63,668 bases of DNA, filler included, from a bacterium (GCA_040757115.1; 13 parts of 13 records of this genome joined end to end with filler, not necessarily neighbours in it), one strand, 5' to 3'. Positions 53,044 to 63,668 are shown, counted from the first letter of the whole stretch. A program made the numbers and translations. Notes: generated by a model from the letters alone, not told the origin.

Positions 53044-53389
53044 CTACATTCTCTTTATCTATGGTAAAATCTGTTACCCAACTGTTGTGATAAACCACCT
53101 TCCCCTTATCTTTTATCCAAAATTCAAAATAATTGACCTCAATACTACCCTCCTTCCCATTAATAGGAACCTTGTTTATCCATTCATAAATCAATTCCCG
53201 ACCCTTTGAATCCTTTGTCTCATACCGATTCATCTCTCCCATATCCCTTAACTCTTTTACCCACTCCATCAACACCTTGTGATCACCAGGTTTTACTACT
53301 AAAATAAACCTCATCCCTTTGTCTCTAAGCTTTGTTATGAATGGCTCATCAGAATAAAGTCCATCCCCAACTATAATGCTTCTCTTCAC
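53044..53389 (-). mobile_element. DDE transposase internal fragment
   Basis: IIVGDGLYS, FILVVKPGDHK, NSWVTDF. Confidence 0.75.
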
Positions 53390-53939
53390 ATTCCAGTCCC
53401 AAACTATGGCGGTGGCTTATCATGAGGACTATCCAGCACATTACGATGAGTTTATCAATGACTTTGCCGAGATTATTACCTCCAAAGACGAGGAGGCCAT
53501 CAAGGCAGTAACCCAAACGCTCAGGAGCCAGAGGGGGATCCCTATAGTAGTGGTTACTATTGGCACTATTCATGACTATACCTCTGGGCATAATACAATC
53601 GAGGGCTTTGCTACAGGTCTCTTTAACAATTGGGGGATAGGTTCCAGGGAAAAGAATATGGGCATATTGCTTCTGGTGGCAAAGGAGGACCGAAAGCTCA
53701 GGATTGAGCTTGGTGCTGGATATGGAAGAAGACTGGACAGGGAATGCAAAGCTATCGTGGATAAGGTTATTGTTCCCCAATTTAAAAAGGGTGACCTTAG
53801 CGGAGGGATAGTCTTAGGTGTCAAGGCGATTGATCAAATGCTAAGGGGGAAGCCACCAGTGCCCCTTACCCAGAAACAGCAGATAACGCATTTTATTATA
53901 GATGTGGTCCTTCTCATTACAGTAATCTCACTAGTATAG
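53390..53939 (+). pseudogene. TPM-domain (DUF477) protein, probably truncated
   Basis: INDFAEII, FNNWGIG, GILLLVAKEDRKLRIELGAG; abuts a transposase fragment and ends at a repeat. Confidence 0.75.
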
Positions 53940-54120
53940 CGTTCTCTAAATACATATAATAGTTATTAACGAAAATTTCTCATAGAACAGATATAGCAAC
54001 AGGGTTGATAGTTTATAGTTTCATAGACTATCAACCATCAATCATCAACTATCAACAATACTAATGTGAACTTTTGGTTAATACTTACTATAATATTGTT
54101 ATATCTACTTAGAGAACGCT
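53938..54120. repeat. MITE-like element with AGCGTTCTCTAA termini and an internal GATAGTT heptamer hairpin
   Basis: AGCGTTCTCTAA ... TTAGAGAACGCT. Confidence 0.65.
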
Positions 54121-54889
54121 CTACTATTCAGCCACAGATGGACACGGATGAAACACTGAAAATTCGTAAATCGTGTCCGTAATCAGGTTGAAGGCTGAAG
54201 GGTTCTTCTCCTTGTAACTTTTATTTTCTATCCTTCTTGATTCTCTGCCACTGGAGGAAATTTCCACCCTCCTAACCCCCGCCAGCGGGGGACACCCCGC
54301 CTCTGACCTCGTACCTGTTTAGCGTGGTCAGAGAGCACAAATGAATGGTACTGACTTAGTACGAAACCACTTCAAACACAACAAGTTGTGTAATACAAAA
54401 TCAAAATTTAAATATTAAAATGCAAAATGACATATCAAATATCATATCAAAAATCAAAGAGCAAATATCAAAATTAAGGAATTCTTTTATTCTTATTTTT
54501 GATTTTTAATATTTAATATTTGATTTTTTTTATTNNNNNNNNNNNNNNNNNNNNNNNNNNNNNNNNNNNNNNNNNNNNTTAATTAATTAANNNNNNNNNN
54601 NNNNNNNNNNNNNNNNNNNNNNNNNNNNNNNNNNGAGGAAGTAGCAGGGTTTCTCAAAGAGTTGGAGGAATTTGGTAATATCTTTGCTTCAAGTATTTTA
54701 ACGCTGAAAGGAAAGAGATAATTTTACTGAACTTTGGCAAAGATAGTTTATAGTTGATAGTAGATAGTTGATAGTTGAAGGACTATAGACTATAAACTAT
54801 AAACCATAAACTATAAACGAGTTTTGCATTTTGCTCTTTGGAGGAAATCCCTTTTGGACACCAAATCTGCATAGATTTCACTATTAGAG

Positions 54890-55154
54890 TTATTTTCAGA
54901 CACCACCGTTTTTTCCGGGGCGATTAGATTAACAGCAGCGTATAGTCTAAAGATAAGTATAGCTCCTTTCTGGATGTTGCCATTACTTTATGATGAATTA
55001 CTTGAGAAGATAGCCAATTCGGAAGTTCGATATCGTCCGAATAGAATTGAGCCGAGATTAAAGAAACGAAAGAAGAAAGATTATCCAACATTGAAAATAT
55101 CTCGTGGAGAATGGAGGGCTCTCAATGGTCTCGTTGCTTAAGTCAGTGCCATTC
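54890..55154 (+). mobile_element. IS4-family transposase 3' remnant with right TIR
   Basis: RPNRIEPRLKKRKKKDYP; TTAAGTCAGTGCCATTC end; the inverse end GAATGGTACTGACTTA occurs at 54343 on another contig. Confidence 0.7.
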
Positions 55155-55167
55155 CGGTCTGACCCTA

Positions 55168-55668
55168 ATGGCATCCCTCTCTGAGATAATAAAGGAGAAG
55201 ATTGATTCAGTCTATCAAGTTGATTTGCCTGCGGAAGGGGAAGGTGCTAATAGGAATGAATCCTTGAAGGTATTCCTTTCTCTCCATAATGATGAGAGGA
55301 TGAGTATCACCTTAGCCGAGCCTAATCTACCCCAACAAGACTGCCATAAGATAATTACCAGGTTTATCCAGACTATCTATAAGGGAGTAATGAATGAGGA
55401 ATTACCAGAAGAGTCGGTAGAACTGGTTAAGGTAGGTGAATTTAAGGCTACCTCCTGTCAATTGTGTAATGCCTCTATATTCATTGGTTTTTCAGCCTAT
55501 TACTGCCCGATATGTGGGAAGAATTACTGTTTTAAGCATAGGCACACGGATAAGCATCACTGTAGCCAGGATAGGGATAAAAGCAAACCCATCGAGATTA
55601 ATGATAAGAATACTGTCTCCAAACACATAAAACCTACGGTAAGGGTTATTCAGAGCCTTTGTGGGTGA
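55168..55668 (+). CDS. AN1-type zinc finger protein (possibly 5' truncated)
   Basis: CQLC...YYCPICGKNYCFKHRHTDKHHC. Confidence 0.6.
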   Translation: MASLSEIIKEKIDSVYQVDLPAEGEGANRNESLKVFLSLHNDERMSITLAEPNLPQQDCHKIITRFIQTIYKGVMNEELPEESVELVKVGEFKATSCQLCNASIFIGFSAYYCPICGKNYCFKHRHTDKHHCSQDRDKSKPIEINDKNTVSKHIKPTVRVIQSLCG

Positions 55669-56209
55669 TATGAATTTCGGGGACATAATACTAAATTTTG
55701 CTTTTTCTTCCAAAAATACCCTGTCAACTTAAATTTAATATTGTGTCCCCTAAATTTTCAGCAATTCTAATTATGAGCCTGGGGAAAGGATATATCCTGC
55801 CTCCTGGCAATATCATTTACAGAAAGCCACCCATTTCCTCCGTAAAGTGCCATATCCAACATAAGCCTCAAACCATACCTGCGTTTTGTTGAAAGCTTCA
55901 TATTAATTACCTCCTGACTTTCTTTACCGTACAGAGACACATCCCTCCATATAGTTTATAACTATAATATATATATATTTTTCTAAACTTTTGCGTTTTT
56001 TAGAGAGTTGTCAACACAGAATCAATAGATTTTCCGGTTTTGCCTTGTTGATAACTCCAGATTAAAAGCTCTTTGAAAAACAGTTGTCTGACCCAATTGC
56101 AAATTTCTCNNNNNNNNNNNNNNNNNNNNNNNNNNNNNNNNNNNNNNNNNNNNTTAATTAATTAANNNNNNNNNNNNNNNNNNNNNNNNNNNNNNNNNNN
56201 NNNNNNNNN

Positions 56210-56462
56210 CATCTCTTTAAGATAATAAAGGCTATATCTTTTAAGAGAAAGATAAAGTGGTTGATGCCCTATGCCAAAAAAGTCGGCTAACTGCTTCGGA
56301 TTGTAAAACCCAAAGAAATGAGCTAATGATAGAAACCATAATTGTTTCAAAAGCTATCCGTTGCTTCTGGCGAAATTTTTCCTGAAATACAACAAAAAAC
56401 CAAGTGAAATTTTCAGTTAAACACTTTTTGAGATAATAAGTTGATTCTTTACTCCTTTGCAT
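56210..56462 (-). mobile_element. Transposase N-terminal fragment (frameshifted, cut by gap)
   Basis: GGAGG RBS, MQRSKES..., FGFYNPKQLADFFGIGHQPLY at the contig edge. Confidence 0.45.
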
Positions 56463-56667
56463 ATTTCTTTGCCTCCTCCCTGTTTTTTTGGATAGTTTTG
56501 TTATCCTTTATCCATTATAACATAGGAGGCAAAGAGTTACAACTACTTTGTTTATAAATGGTTATACCCTTGTTCCTCAATAGTTAAGCATTTTCATTTG
56601 AGTTAATCTTTAACTCTATATGCTTTAATCTGTTTTGTAAATTTAGGAATTATCAGATATCAAAATG

Positions 56668-56945
56668 GTAACTATTCAACCACAGATGGACACGGATGAA
56701 ACACTGAAAATTCGTAATCCGTGTCTGTTTTCCGTGTCTGTAATTAGGCTGAAGAGTTTTTCTCCTTCTGACTTTTATCTTCTGTCCTTCTTGATTCTCT
56801 GCCAGTGGAGGAAATTTCCACCCCCTAACCCCCGCCAGCGGGGGACAACCCGCCTCTGACCTCTGTCTTCTGTCCTCTGCCTTTTATCTTCTGACCTCTG
56901 TATTTATCCGTGCTAATCCGTGTTAATCAGTGGCTGAATAGTTAC
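56668..56945 (+). mobile_element. GTAAC-family MITE
   Basis: Near-identical to 31470-31743. Confidence 0.85.
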
Positions 56946-57125
56946 ATACCCAAAACACTCAAAAAAGCAATTTCCTATCAGTAGAAAAATGCTAAAAAAA
57001 AACAGAAAAATGCTACACTTTTTTTTGTTGACATGTGAATAATTATTTTGTATATTAAATTCAAGATACTAAAAATTCAGAAGTATGATTAGTGGGTAAT
57101 GTTTTTTTAAGGAGAAGGAGCAAAG

Positions 57126-57555
57126 ATGTTACCTTCGATGAGTAAAAATATCCTCATAGTAGATGGTGATACTAGTATCCGTGAAGAATTAACCAGTGCT
57201 TTAGAAGATGAATATATAGTATTGGATGTAGGAGAAGGAAAAAAAAGCCATTGAGATTATAAAGAAAAAGTTAATAGATGTAATTCTGCTGGAGATCAAA
57301 TTACGTGATCTATATGGACTTGAAGTCCTTCGGCAAATAAAAGAAATAGAACCCCATATAATCGTTATTTTAATGAGTATTTCCTGTTCAAAGGAAATAA
57401 TAATTCGTGCTTTACAGTTAAAAGCAGATGATTATTTTGATAAGCCAATTGATATAAAAAACATAAAAACAAGAATAAGAAGTTTATTAGAATTAAAAGA
57501 AAATCCATATAATTTTAGAGAATATCTGATAACTAGCAGCACATCGTGCACCTGA
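57126..57555 (+). pseudogene. Atypical response regulator receiver domain with a +1 frameshift in an A8 tract
   Basis: KNILIVDGD...GEGKK/AIEII...DVILLEIKL...ADDYFDKP; A8 at 57239-57246. Confidence 0.75.
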
Positions 57556-58219
57556 ACATCGTGCACTCCTAATCCTCTATTTTGTAGCAGGACATCGTGC
57601 ACCTTTATTTAGCTCTTTGACATTAATATCTGTTATAATTAACCTCAAAAAGNNNNNNNNNNNNNNNNNNNNNNNNNNNNNNNNNNNNNNNNNNNNTTAA
57701 TTAATTAANNNNNNNNNNNNNNNNNNNNNNNNNNNNNNNNNNNNNNNNNNNNAAAGTGTAAGAAAGGGGATAAGGAGATAAGGGTGATATGGAGATAAGA
57801 TAATAGAAATAGATTGAAATTTATAGAAATAGGTAGAAATTGATTGTGGGAAACAACAAATTTCTATAAATTTCTATTAGTTTCTACTAATTTCAATTTT
57901 TTTAATAATATCTCCCTATCTCCTTAATCTCCACATCTCCTTTTGTTACACCACCTGAACGCTTACAAAAATAGATTATAGAAAAAATCAGCGAAAATCC
58001 GTTAAATCCGTGTCATCCGTGTTCTATTCTTACGGCTATTTTCAGGGGAAACGCTCATGAGCCTGCGGCACACAAAGGGGGATGAAAATTGAGCATAGAG
58101 ATTAGAGATTGGAGATTAGAGATTAGCAAGAGTGCAGGTTCTAATTCACTAATTCTCTAATCTCTAATTAACTATTTTCAGGAGAATCTTTGTGTCCTGG
58201 TGCCCTGGGGGCTGAATAG

Positions 58220-58954
58220 TCACTTTTTAATAGGGAGGAATTTAGATAAGGTATTTGTAATAAATTTAACCAGTGGAATAATATGAGCGTAAGGCATTCT
58301 TTTTGGGCCTATAATTCCAATGGCACCTCCGGGCTCATCCTCTATTTTATAAACCGCAGTGATAACACTACATTCATAAAAATCTTCGTAGTGATTTTCA
58401 TGTCCAATAGTAATAGATACTTCCTCATCCTCTAAATGCTCCATTAAAACCTCACACAATAGGGATTTATTGTCGTATATTTTAAACAATCTTTTTAGCA
58501 ACTCAATGTTCTCAAACTCAGGCTGATTGACTAAATTACTAAATCCTTCAAGATATACCTTTTGGAGTTGCGGGATGAGGCATAATCCAACATAATGAGA
58601 GAATGTAGATAGAAGATGTGAGGTCTTTTGAATTATCTCTTCCTCTTGCTCAGTCTTTTCATAGCCTTGAATAATCTCCTCTTCTTCTTTCTTATCTAAA
58701 GAGTCATTTTCCATTAACGAATTTACATATAACCTGTATCCTTTATCCGTAGGTGTTCTACCGGCAGATGGATAAGGTTGGGTGATATATTCAGTTCGTT
58801 CTAAATCTGCCATCACATTGCGAATCGTGGCGGAGGATAAACTAAATATATCTGACAATGCCTTTGAGCTAACCGGCTTACCTGTCAAGATAAAATCCTC
58901 AATAATTGCCTTTAAGATTTCTTTATTTCTTTCTTCATAAGATGGGGTTTTCAT
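58220..58954 (-). CDS. hrcA: Heat-inducible transcription repressor HrcA (short form)
   Basis: ILKAIIEDFI..GKPVSS, SSATIRNVMADLE, SAGRTPTDKGYRLYV, GIIGPKRMPY. Confidence 0.9.
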   Translation of the reverse strand: MKTPSYEERNKEILKAIIEDFILTGKPVSSKALSDIFSLSSATIRNVMADLERTEYITQPYPSAGRTPTDKGYRLYVNSLMENDSLDKKEEEEIIQGYEKTEQEEEIIQKTSHLLSTFSHYVGLCLIPQLQKVYLEGFSNLVNQPEFENIELLKRLFKIYDNKSLLCEVLMEHLEDEEVSITIGHENHYEDFYECSVITAVYKIEDEPGGAIGIIGPKRMPYAHIIPLVKFITNTLSKFLPIKK

Positions 58955-59420
58955 TGTAAATCCTCCCTCCCATTTTTTTTCGGGTAACCGTTCAGCCACA
59001 GAGGCACAGAGTTCACAGAGAATTAGAGAAATTAGCCACATAAGGACATGAATTAACCTGTGACATTCGATAAATGTAGTGCGAACCTTATGGTTTTTGC
59101 AAAATTAACTTCCACTTTTCTGGAATACCATAAAATAAATTAAAAATCAAACATCAAAATGTAAAATTACAAATCANNNNNNNNNNNNNNNNNNNNNNNN
59201 NNNNNNNNNNNNNNNNNNNNTTAATTAATTAANNNNNNNNNNNNNNNNNNNNNNNNNNNNNNNNNNNNNNNNNNNNACACAGAGACAGAGGAGAAAGAGG
59301 AGATAGATTTGAAAAGGCAGAAAAAACTTTCAGATTTCTCGCAAAGGCGCAAAGGACGCTAAGAAAAGCCCCCATTGGCGACCTTTGCGTCCTGGCGAGA
59401 GCATGGCAAGAGAAAATTTC

Positions 59421-59656
59421 GTAACCGTTCACCGCACAGACACAGAGACGCAGAGAAAAAATTAAAATCTATTCACCAGAGACAGAAATTTCCTTTTTTT
59501 TGTGCATTTCGGGTCTTTCGTTGTTTATTAATCTTTTAATACGGACTTTTGACTAACTGTTTTTAAGCCTTTTTAAACACCGAAAAACACGAAAAAAAGA
59601 TGTTTTCCTCTCTGTTTCTCTGCGTCTGTGCGGTAAAGGATTACCTGAACGGTTAC
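59421..59656 (+). mobile_element. GTAAC-family MITE
   Basis: GTAACCGTTCA...TGAACGGTTAC; inverse of 11838-12083. Confidence 0.85.
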
Positions 59657-59775
59657 GAATTTTTAATCAACTTTAGTAAGTTTTACCAAAATAGTAGAAG
59701 ATATTTTTAAAAAATTCTCGGTCAGCCTCTTGACAAGTTCAGATATGTATGATAATCTTTATTGAGGAAGAAAAT

Positions 59776-60687
59776 ATGCACAAAAAGTTCATCCTCGGAT
59801 TTATATGTGGGATAATTGTGGGTGTGCTACCTTTGGGAATTAAATTTTGGCTACATAAAGAGGCTGAACAACCGAGTTTTACTCATCTGCAAATTTCAAA
59901 AGAACCACTAAAAAAAGGGATAGTAGAAATTTTTTATCCTGAAGAAAATGCTACTCAAAAAAAACTCGCTCATCAAATATTAGAAATTTTAGTCAAAGAG
60001 TATGAAATGATAGAAAAGGTTCTAGAAATTCCTCAAGAGAACCTTTTATCATATCAACCTTATGGACTGGTTTTTTGTGAAGACATAGATGATATATTTT
60101 TAAAATATACAAATAAGGGTTTAGTTCTGGTAGATGGGATATTATGTTATCCCGTTGTTGCAGAGACAATCTTTCCCTTTCGTGAGTCCAAAACTCGGCT
60201 TCGACTTGTCTATACCTTGCCCAAAGAATTGGTTAAAGGTATCATAAAAGAAAAATTAAAATTAAAAGAGGATGGAGTTTGGTTTGCCGAAGGGATAGGT
60301 GGGTATATTGGATTTTTATGCTGGCAAAGATTTGACCGATATGCCTTTTTTAATTATGAATATCCGAGAATACTTAAATTATACGCTAATAAAAAACCAG
60401 GTCAGGAAACGATAGACCTGACAGATTACCAAATCTCCAAAGAATTGGAATATTTCTATACTCCTGCCTCTACCTTTATTATAATTGACCTGGTAAATCG
60501 ACATGGTCGAGGGATTGTGGCTAAAATTATCTCTAAATTGACAACCTCCAATAATAAAATTGGCTCTAAAGAAATAGCCCAAACTATTAAAGAATTAACT
60601 GGTGATGATATACTTTCAGGATTAAAGGTAGTCTCTTTAGAGAAGGTTGAGGAAAGATTTAAATCATTGAAGTTAAAATTATTGTAA
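59776..60687 (+). CDS. Membrane-anchored hypothetical protein with a degenerate zinc-metallopeptidase-like motif
   Basis: N-terminal TM; TLPKELVK...WFAEGIGGY. Confidence 0.6.
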   Translation: MHKKFILGFICGIIVGVLPLGIKFWLHKEAEQPSFTHLQISKEPLKKGIVEIFYPEENATQKKLAHQILEILVKEYEMIEKVLEIPQENLLSYQPYGLVFCEDIDDIFLKYTNKGLVLVDGILCYPVVAETIFPFRESKTRLRLVYTLPKELVKGIIKEKLKLKEDGVWFAEGIGGYIGFLCWQRFDRYAFFNYEYPRILKLYANKKPGQETIDLTDYQISKELEYFYTPASTFIIIDLVNRHGRGIVAKIISKLTTSNNKIGSKEIAQTIKELTGDDILSGLKVVSLEKVEERFKSLKLKLL

Positions 60688-60787
60688 NNNNNNNNNNNNN
60701 NNNNNNNNNNNNNNNNNNNNNNNNNNNNNNNTTAATTAATTAANNNNNNNNNNNNNNNNNNNNNNNNNNNNNNNNNNNNNNNNNNNN

Positions 60788-60989
60788 ATTTATTAAGCTC
60801 CTCAACATAATTCTTAATAAAAGGTAATATCTTCTTGCTAATAAACATCTGGTCCCCTCCCGAATAGTAAATTTCGTGTCTTCACACTATTTCTACTATC
60901 GACAAAAGACCTTTTTTTATTTAGCTAATTCGTGCCAAAAACTTCTATCATATTGAGTCCTATCCAAAAACTTGAACATCGAGTAATAG
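60788..60989 (-). mobile_element. IS left end plus transposase start (same element as 1-124)
   Basis: GGAGGGG RBS, ATG at 60848 on the minus strand; 60866-60989 matches 1-124. Confidence 0.75.
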
Positions 60990-61498
60990 GTATTGTGATA
61001 ATCATGGCCACAGCAAAAAAATCTGACTTTCCAAATGTACCAAAGCCTGATGGACTATCACAGACACTCGGTATAATGGGAATCTACAGGGAGCAATCCC
61101 TCGGAAAAGATATTGAATGGAATATCCATCGTACACTTCCGGGGTTGATTCTATTTATAGTTATCGATGTAATGGCAGGTATGTTTGGTCTTGGCGCCGG
61201 GTGGGCAAATGTTCCAGTTTTGAATCTCCTTATGGGAGCGCCTCTTAAGATATCTGTTGCTACAAGCAAGTTTTTACTCTCCATAACTGATACCTCGGCT
61301 GCATGGATTTATCTCAATTCGGGTGCAGTGCTTCCGATGATAGTTATTCCATCAGTCGTTGGAATAATGCTCGGCTCTATCGTTGGCGTCAAGATACTTG
61401 CAAGGACTAAGCCAAAGGCAATTAAGTGGATGGTTATAGGTCTTTTGCTATTTGCAGGAGTGAGGGCTCTTCTAAAAGGGCTTGGATTATGGAACTAA
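60990..61498 (+). pseudogene. Sulfite exporter TauE/SafE family, 3' part after IS insertion
   Basis: AGMFGLGAGWANVPVLNLLMGAPLKISVATS; followed by a DUF1634-like gene. Confidence 0.8.
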
Positions 61499-61590
61499 GG
61501 CAAATTCTAAATCCTAAACACGAAATTCTAAACAAATCTCTCAATGATTTAAATTCTAAACTGTTTAATTAACAAGGAGGTAGAAATAAG

Positions 61591-62010
61591 ATGGTTGATG
61601 ATAGAACAAAGGCATCAGAAGAGCAGATAAGATACGCACAAATATTAGATATTGGAATGTACCTGGGATTTGCCCTTATTGTGGTGACCTTTGTAGTGTA
61701 TATGTCAGGGATGCTATCGTCATTTATTCCTCCTCAGGAAATACCTAAATACTGGGGTATGGCATCAAAAGATTTTATACATAACTTTCAGGCCCCTACA
61801 GGATGGGGATGGTTAGCAATGGTAGGTAAAGGAGATTATCTGACTTTTGTAGGTATAGCCCTCCTTGCAGGGCTTACAATCTTATGTTATCTGGTGATAT
61901 TACCTATTCTCATTAGAAAAAAGGATACTCCTTATGTGGTAATAGCAATTCTTGAGGTTGCTGTTTTAGTCTTAGCCGCAAGTGGAATCTTAAAATCAGG
62001 AGGGCACTAA
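61591..62010 (+). CDS. DUF1634-like membrane protein
   Basis: EQIRYA, PTGWGWL, GDYL, VLVLAASG; typical TauE partner. Confidence 0.75.
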   Translation: MVDDRTKASEEQIRYAQILDIGMYLGFALIVVTFVVYMSGMLSSFIPPQEIPKYWGMASKDFIHNFQAPTGWGWLAMVGKGDYLTFVGIALLAGLTILCYLVILPILIRKKDTPYVVIAILEVAVLVLAASGILKSGGH

Positions 62011-62037
62011 TAGCTGGAGTTTCGTGAATTTTCTATG

Positions 62038-62188
62038 ATTCTCCTGAAAATGTCTGTAAGTTATTGTAATTGCTTGATTTACAAAACTACATTTTCATCG
62101 TCCTCGTATAATATATATTGTTGGTCATTTTGAATGCCACAATCCTAATTCCTTATTAAAGCCCCCAAGATTGGGGGGTGGGGGTTGA
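62038..62188. repeat. Dispersed repeat duplicated at 63519-63668
   Basis: TTCTCCTGAAAATGTC...GCCCCCAAGATTGGGGG, near identical; both copies at contig ends. Confidence 0.85.
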
Positions 62189-62439
62189 NNNNNNNNNNNN
62201 NNNNNNNNNNNNNNNNNNNNNNNNNNNNNNNNTTAATTAATTAANNNNNNNNNNNNNNNNNNNNNNNNNNNNNNNNNNNNNNNNNNNNTTTTCCACAATC
62301 AATTTCTACCTATTTCTATAAATTTCAATCTATTTCTATTATCTTATCTCCATATCACTCTTATCTCCTTATCCCCTTTCTTACACTTTTGATATATAGC
62401 CTGAACGGTTACACAAATTTAAAAAGGGAGTGATGAAAA

Positions 62440-62703
62440 ATGTGGGTAGAAAAAGCACAGGTGCCAGTTATTCTTTTTACGCAATTTCAACGAATAGAAG
62501 CATATATGTATACTTATAAGGATGCCAGGATATTGGATGAGTTAAACGCGGGAGCGAAAGATTATATCGCCCTTACAAATGTCAAAGTATATTCTATTGA
62601 GGGGAAAAAACCAATGTATGAAGTAGATTTTATGGCAATTAACAAAAAACATATTGTAAATTTAATGCCTCAAGGCGAATTTAGCGAAAAAGAGTTATTT
62701 TAA
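62440..62703 (+). CDS. Small conserved hypothetical protein
   Basis: GGGAG RBS; RILDELN, YIALTNVKV, FMAINK. Confidence 0.7.
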   Translation: MWVEKAQVPVILFTQFQRIEAYMYTYKDARILDELNAGAKDYIALTNVKVYSIEGKKPMYEVDFMAINKKHIVNLMPQGEFSEKELF

Positions 62704-63417
62704 CTTCCTTTGTTTAACTATTTCGTAGCAAAAGATAGCACAACTAAGAGACACATTGAATGAAAGTTTAGCCCCTTCCATTGGAATACGCACCTTTATA
62801 TCAAGATGTTTTTGTATTCCATAGCGGATTCCTTTTCCCTCAGAGCCTAAAACAAATCCTAATGGAAACAGTAAGGGGATTTTGGTTATATCACAAGCAT
62901 CATCACTGACCTGGGCGCCAATAATCCAATATCCACATTCCTTTGCCAGAACTATTGCTTTGGGAAGATTAGCTACTAATGAGATTAATATATAATTTTC
63001 GCCTCCAGAGGCTACATGTAGAACCGTTTCATTGACTTCACACGCCTCAAATTGAGGAATAATAATCGCAAATTTCCCAAAACAAGCGGCGGTGCGGATA
63101 ATCGCACCTAAGTTCTGCGGGTCATATATCCTGTCTAAAAATATAAGTGTCAATTGGTTAGCAGTTGAATAACTCAACAAATCCTCAAAAGAAGTATAAG
63201 CATACTTATCTACTCTGGCAATTATACCTTGAGTATTTGTCTGGGGTTTAATTTTAATTAATTCATCTGAAGATAAACGCTCTAAAGAAATATTATTTGC
63301 TATTATTAATTTCTCGATATGTGGTTCATTAAAATTATCTTGCAAAAATACCTTTTTTATACTTTTAGGCTTTGTTTTTAGTCTTTCTAAAACAGAATTT
63401 TTCCCATACAAAAGCAT
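62695..63417 (-). CDS. rlmB: TrmH/SpoU family RNA 2'-O-methyltransferase (RlmB-like)
   Basis: LYGKNSV, QGII, LDRIYDPQNLGAIIRTA, LGSEGKG, IPM...SFNVS. Confidence 0.85.
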   Translation of the reverse strand: MLLYGKNSVLERLKTKPKSIKKVFLQDNFNEPHIEKLIIANNISLERLSSDELIKIKPQTNTQGIIARVDKYAYTSFEDLLSYSTANQLTLIFLDRIYDPQNLGAIIRTAACFGKFAIIIPQFEACEVNETVLHVASGGENYILISLVANLPKAIVLAKECGYWIIGAQVSDDACDITKIPLLFPLGFVLGSEGKGIRYGIQKHLDIKVRIPMEGAKLSFNVSLSCAIFCYEIVKQRKLK

Positions 63418-63668
63418 TAAATTTCTCCTGAAAATAGGTTATGGGACGCAGATTTTCGCAGATTATCAGGATGTATATTTAAAAATCCTGAAAATCTGCG
63501 TTTATCTGCGTCCCATACTTCTCCTGAAAATGTCCGTAACCTATTGTAATTGCTTGATTTACAAAACTACATTTTCATCGTCCTCGTATAATATATATTG
63601 TTGGTCATTTTGAATGCCACAATCCTAATTCCTTATTAAAGCCCCCAAGATTGGGGGGTGGGGGTTGA

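Noticed and set aside
23236-62288. Recurrent TTAATTAATTAA motif inside N runs and gene neighbourhoods across them
   Set aside because: Artificial contig linker with stops in all frames; contigs are ordered by size, so cross-gap synteny is not biological.

Overview
AT-rich bacterial draft or MAG sequence made of about 13 concatenated contigs joined by N-gaps that carry an artificial TTAATTAATTAA linker. There are two ~23 kb contigs followed by ~1.4-1.5 kb contigs in decreasing size, so adjacency across linkers is meaningless. Contig 1 starts with a type III-like CRISPR adaptation locus: an IS-truncated HEPN nuclease gene, then a 954-aa fusion of group II-like reverse transcriptase, TPRs, an AEP primase-polymerase (CAPP-like) and a PriL-like Cys domain, followed by cas1, cas2, a leader and a 37-bp-repeat array. 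The array trailer holds a four-helix-bundle gene between repeat copies, next to an empty version of the same cassette. Housekeeping genes follow: tRNA-Glu, purH, a clostripain-like peptidase, murC-like, the phoH-pgpH-ybeY-dgkA-corC cluster, HIT, a J-domain protein and mcsA. Contig 2 holds an interrupted gingipain-like (C25) surface protein and a 4284-aa repetitive surface protein. The small contigs carry cpaF/tadA, HEPN, flavodoxin, tatC, cupin, TPM, hrcA, TauE/DUF1634, a TrmH-family methyltransferase and several IS fragments. Intergenic DNA is saturated with MITE-like elements (GTAAC..TTCA termini, some with 8-bp target duplications) that carry GxxExxY and four-helix-bundle gene fragments. 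All calls come from reading motifs by eye; no database searches were run.
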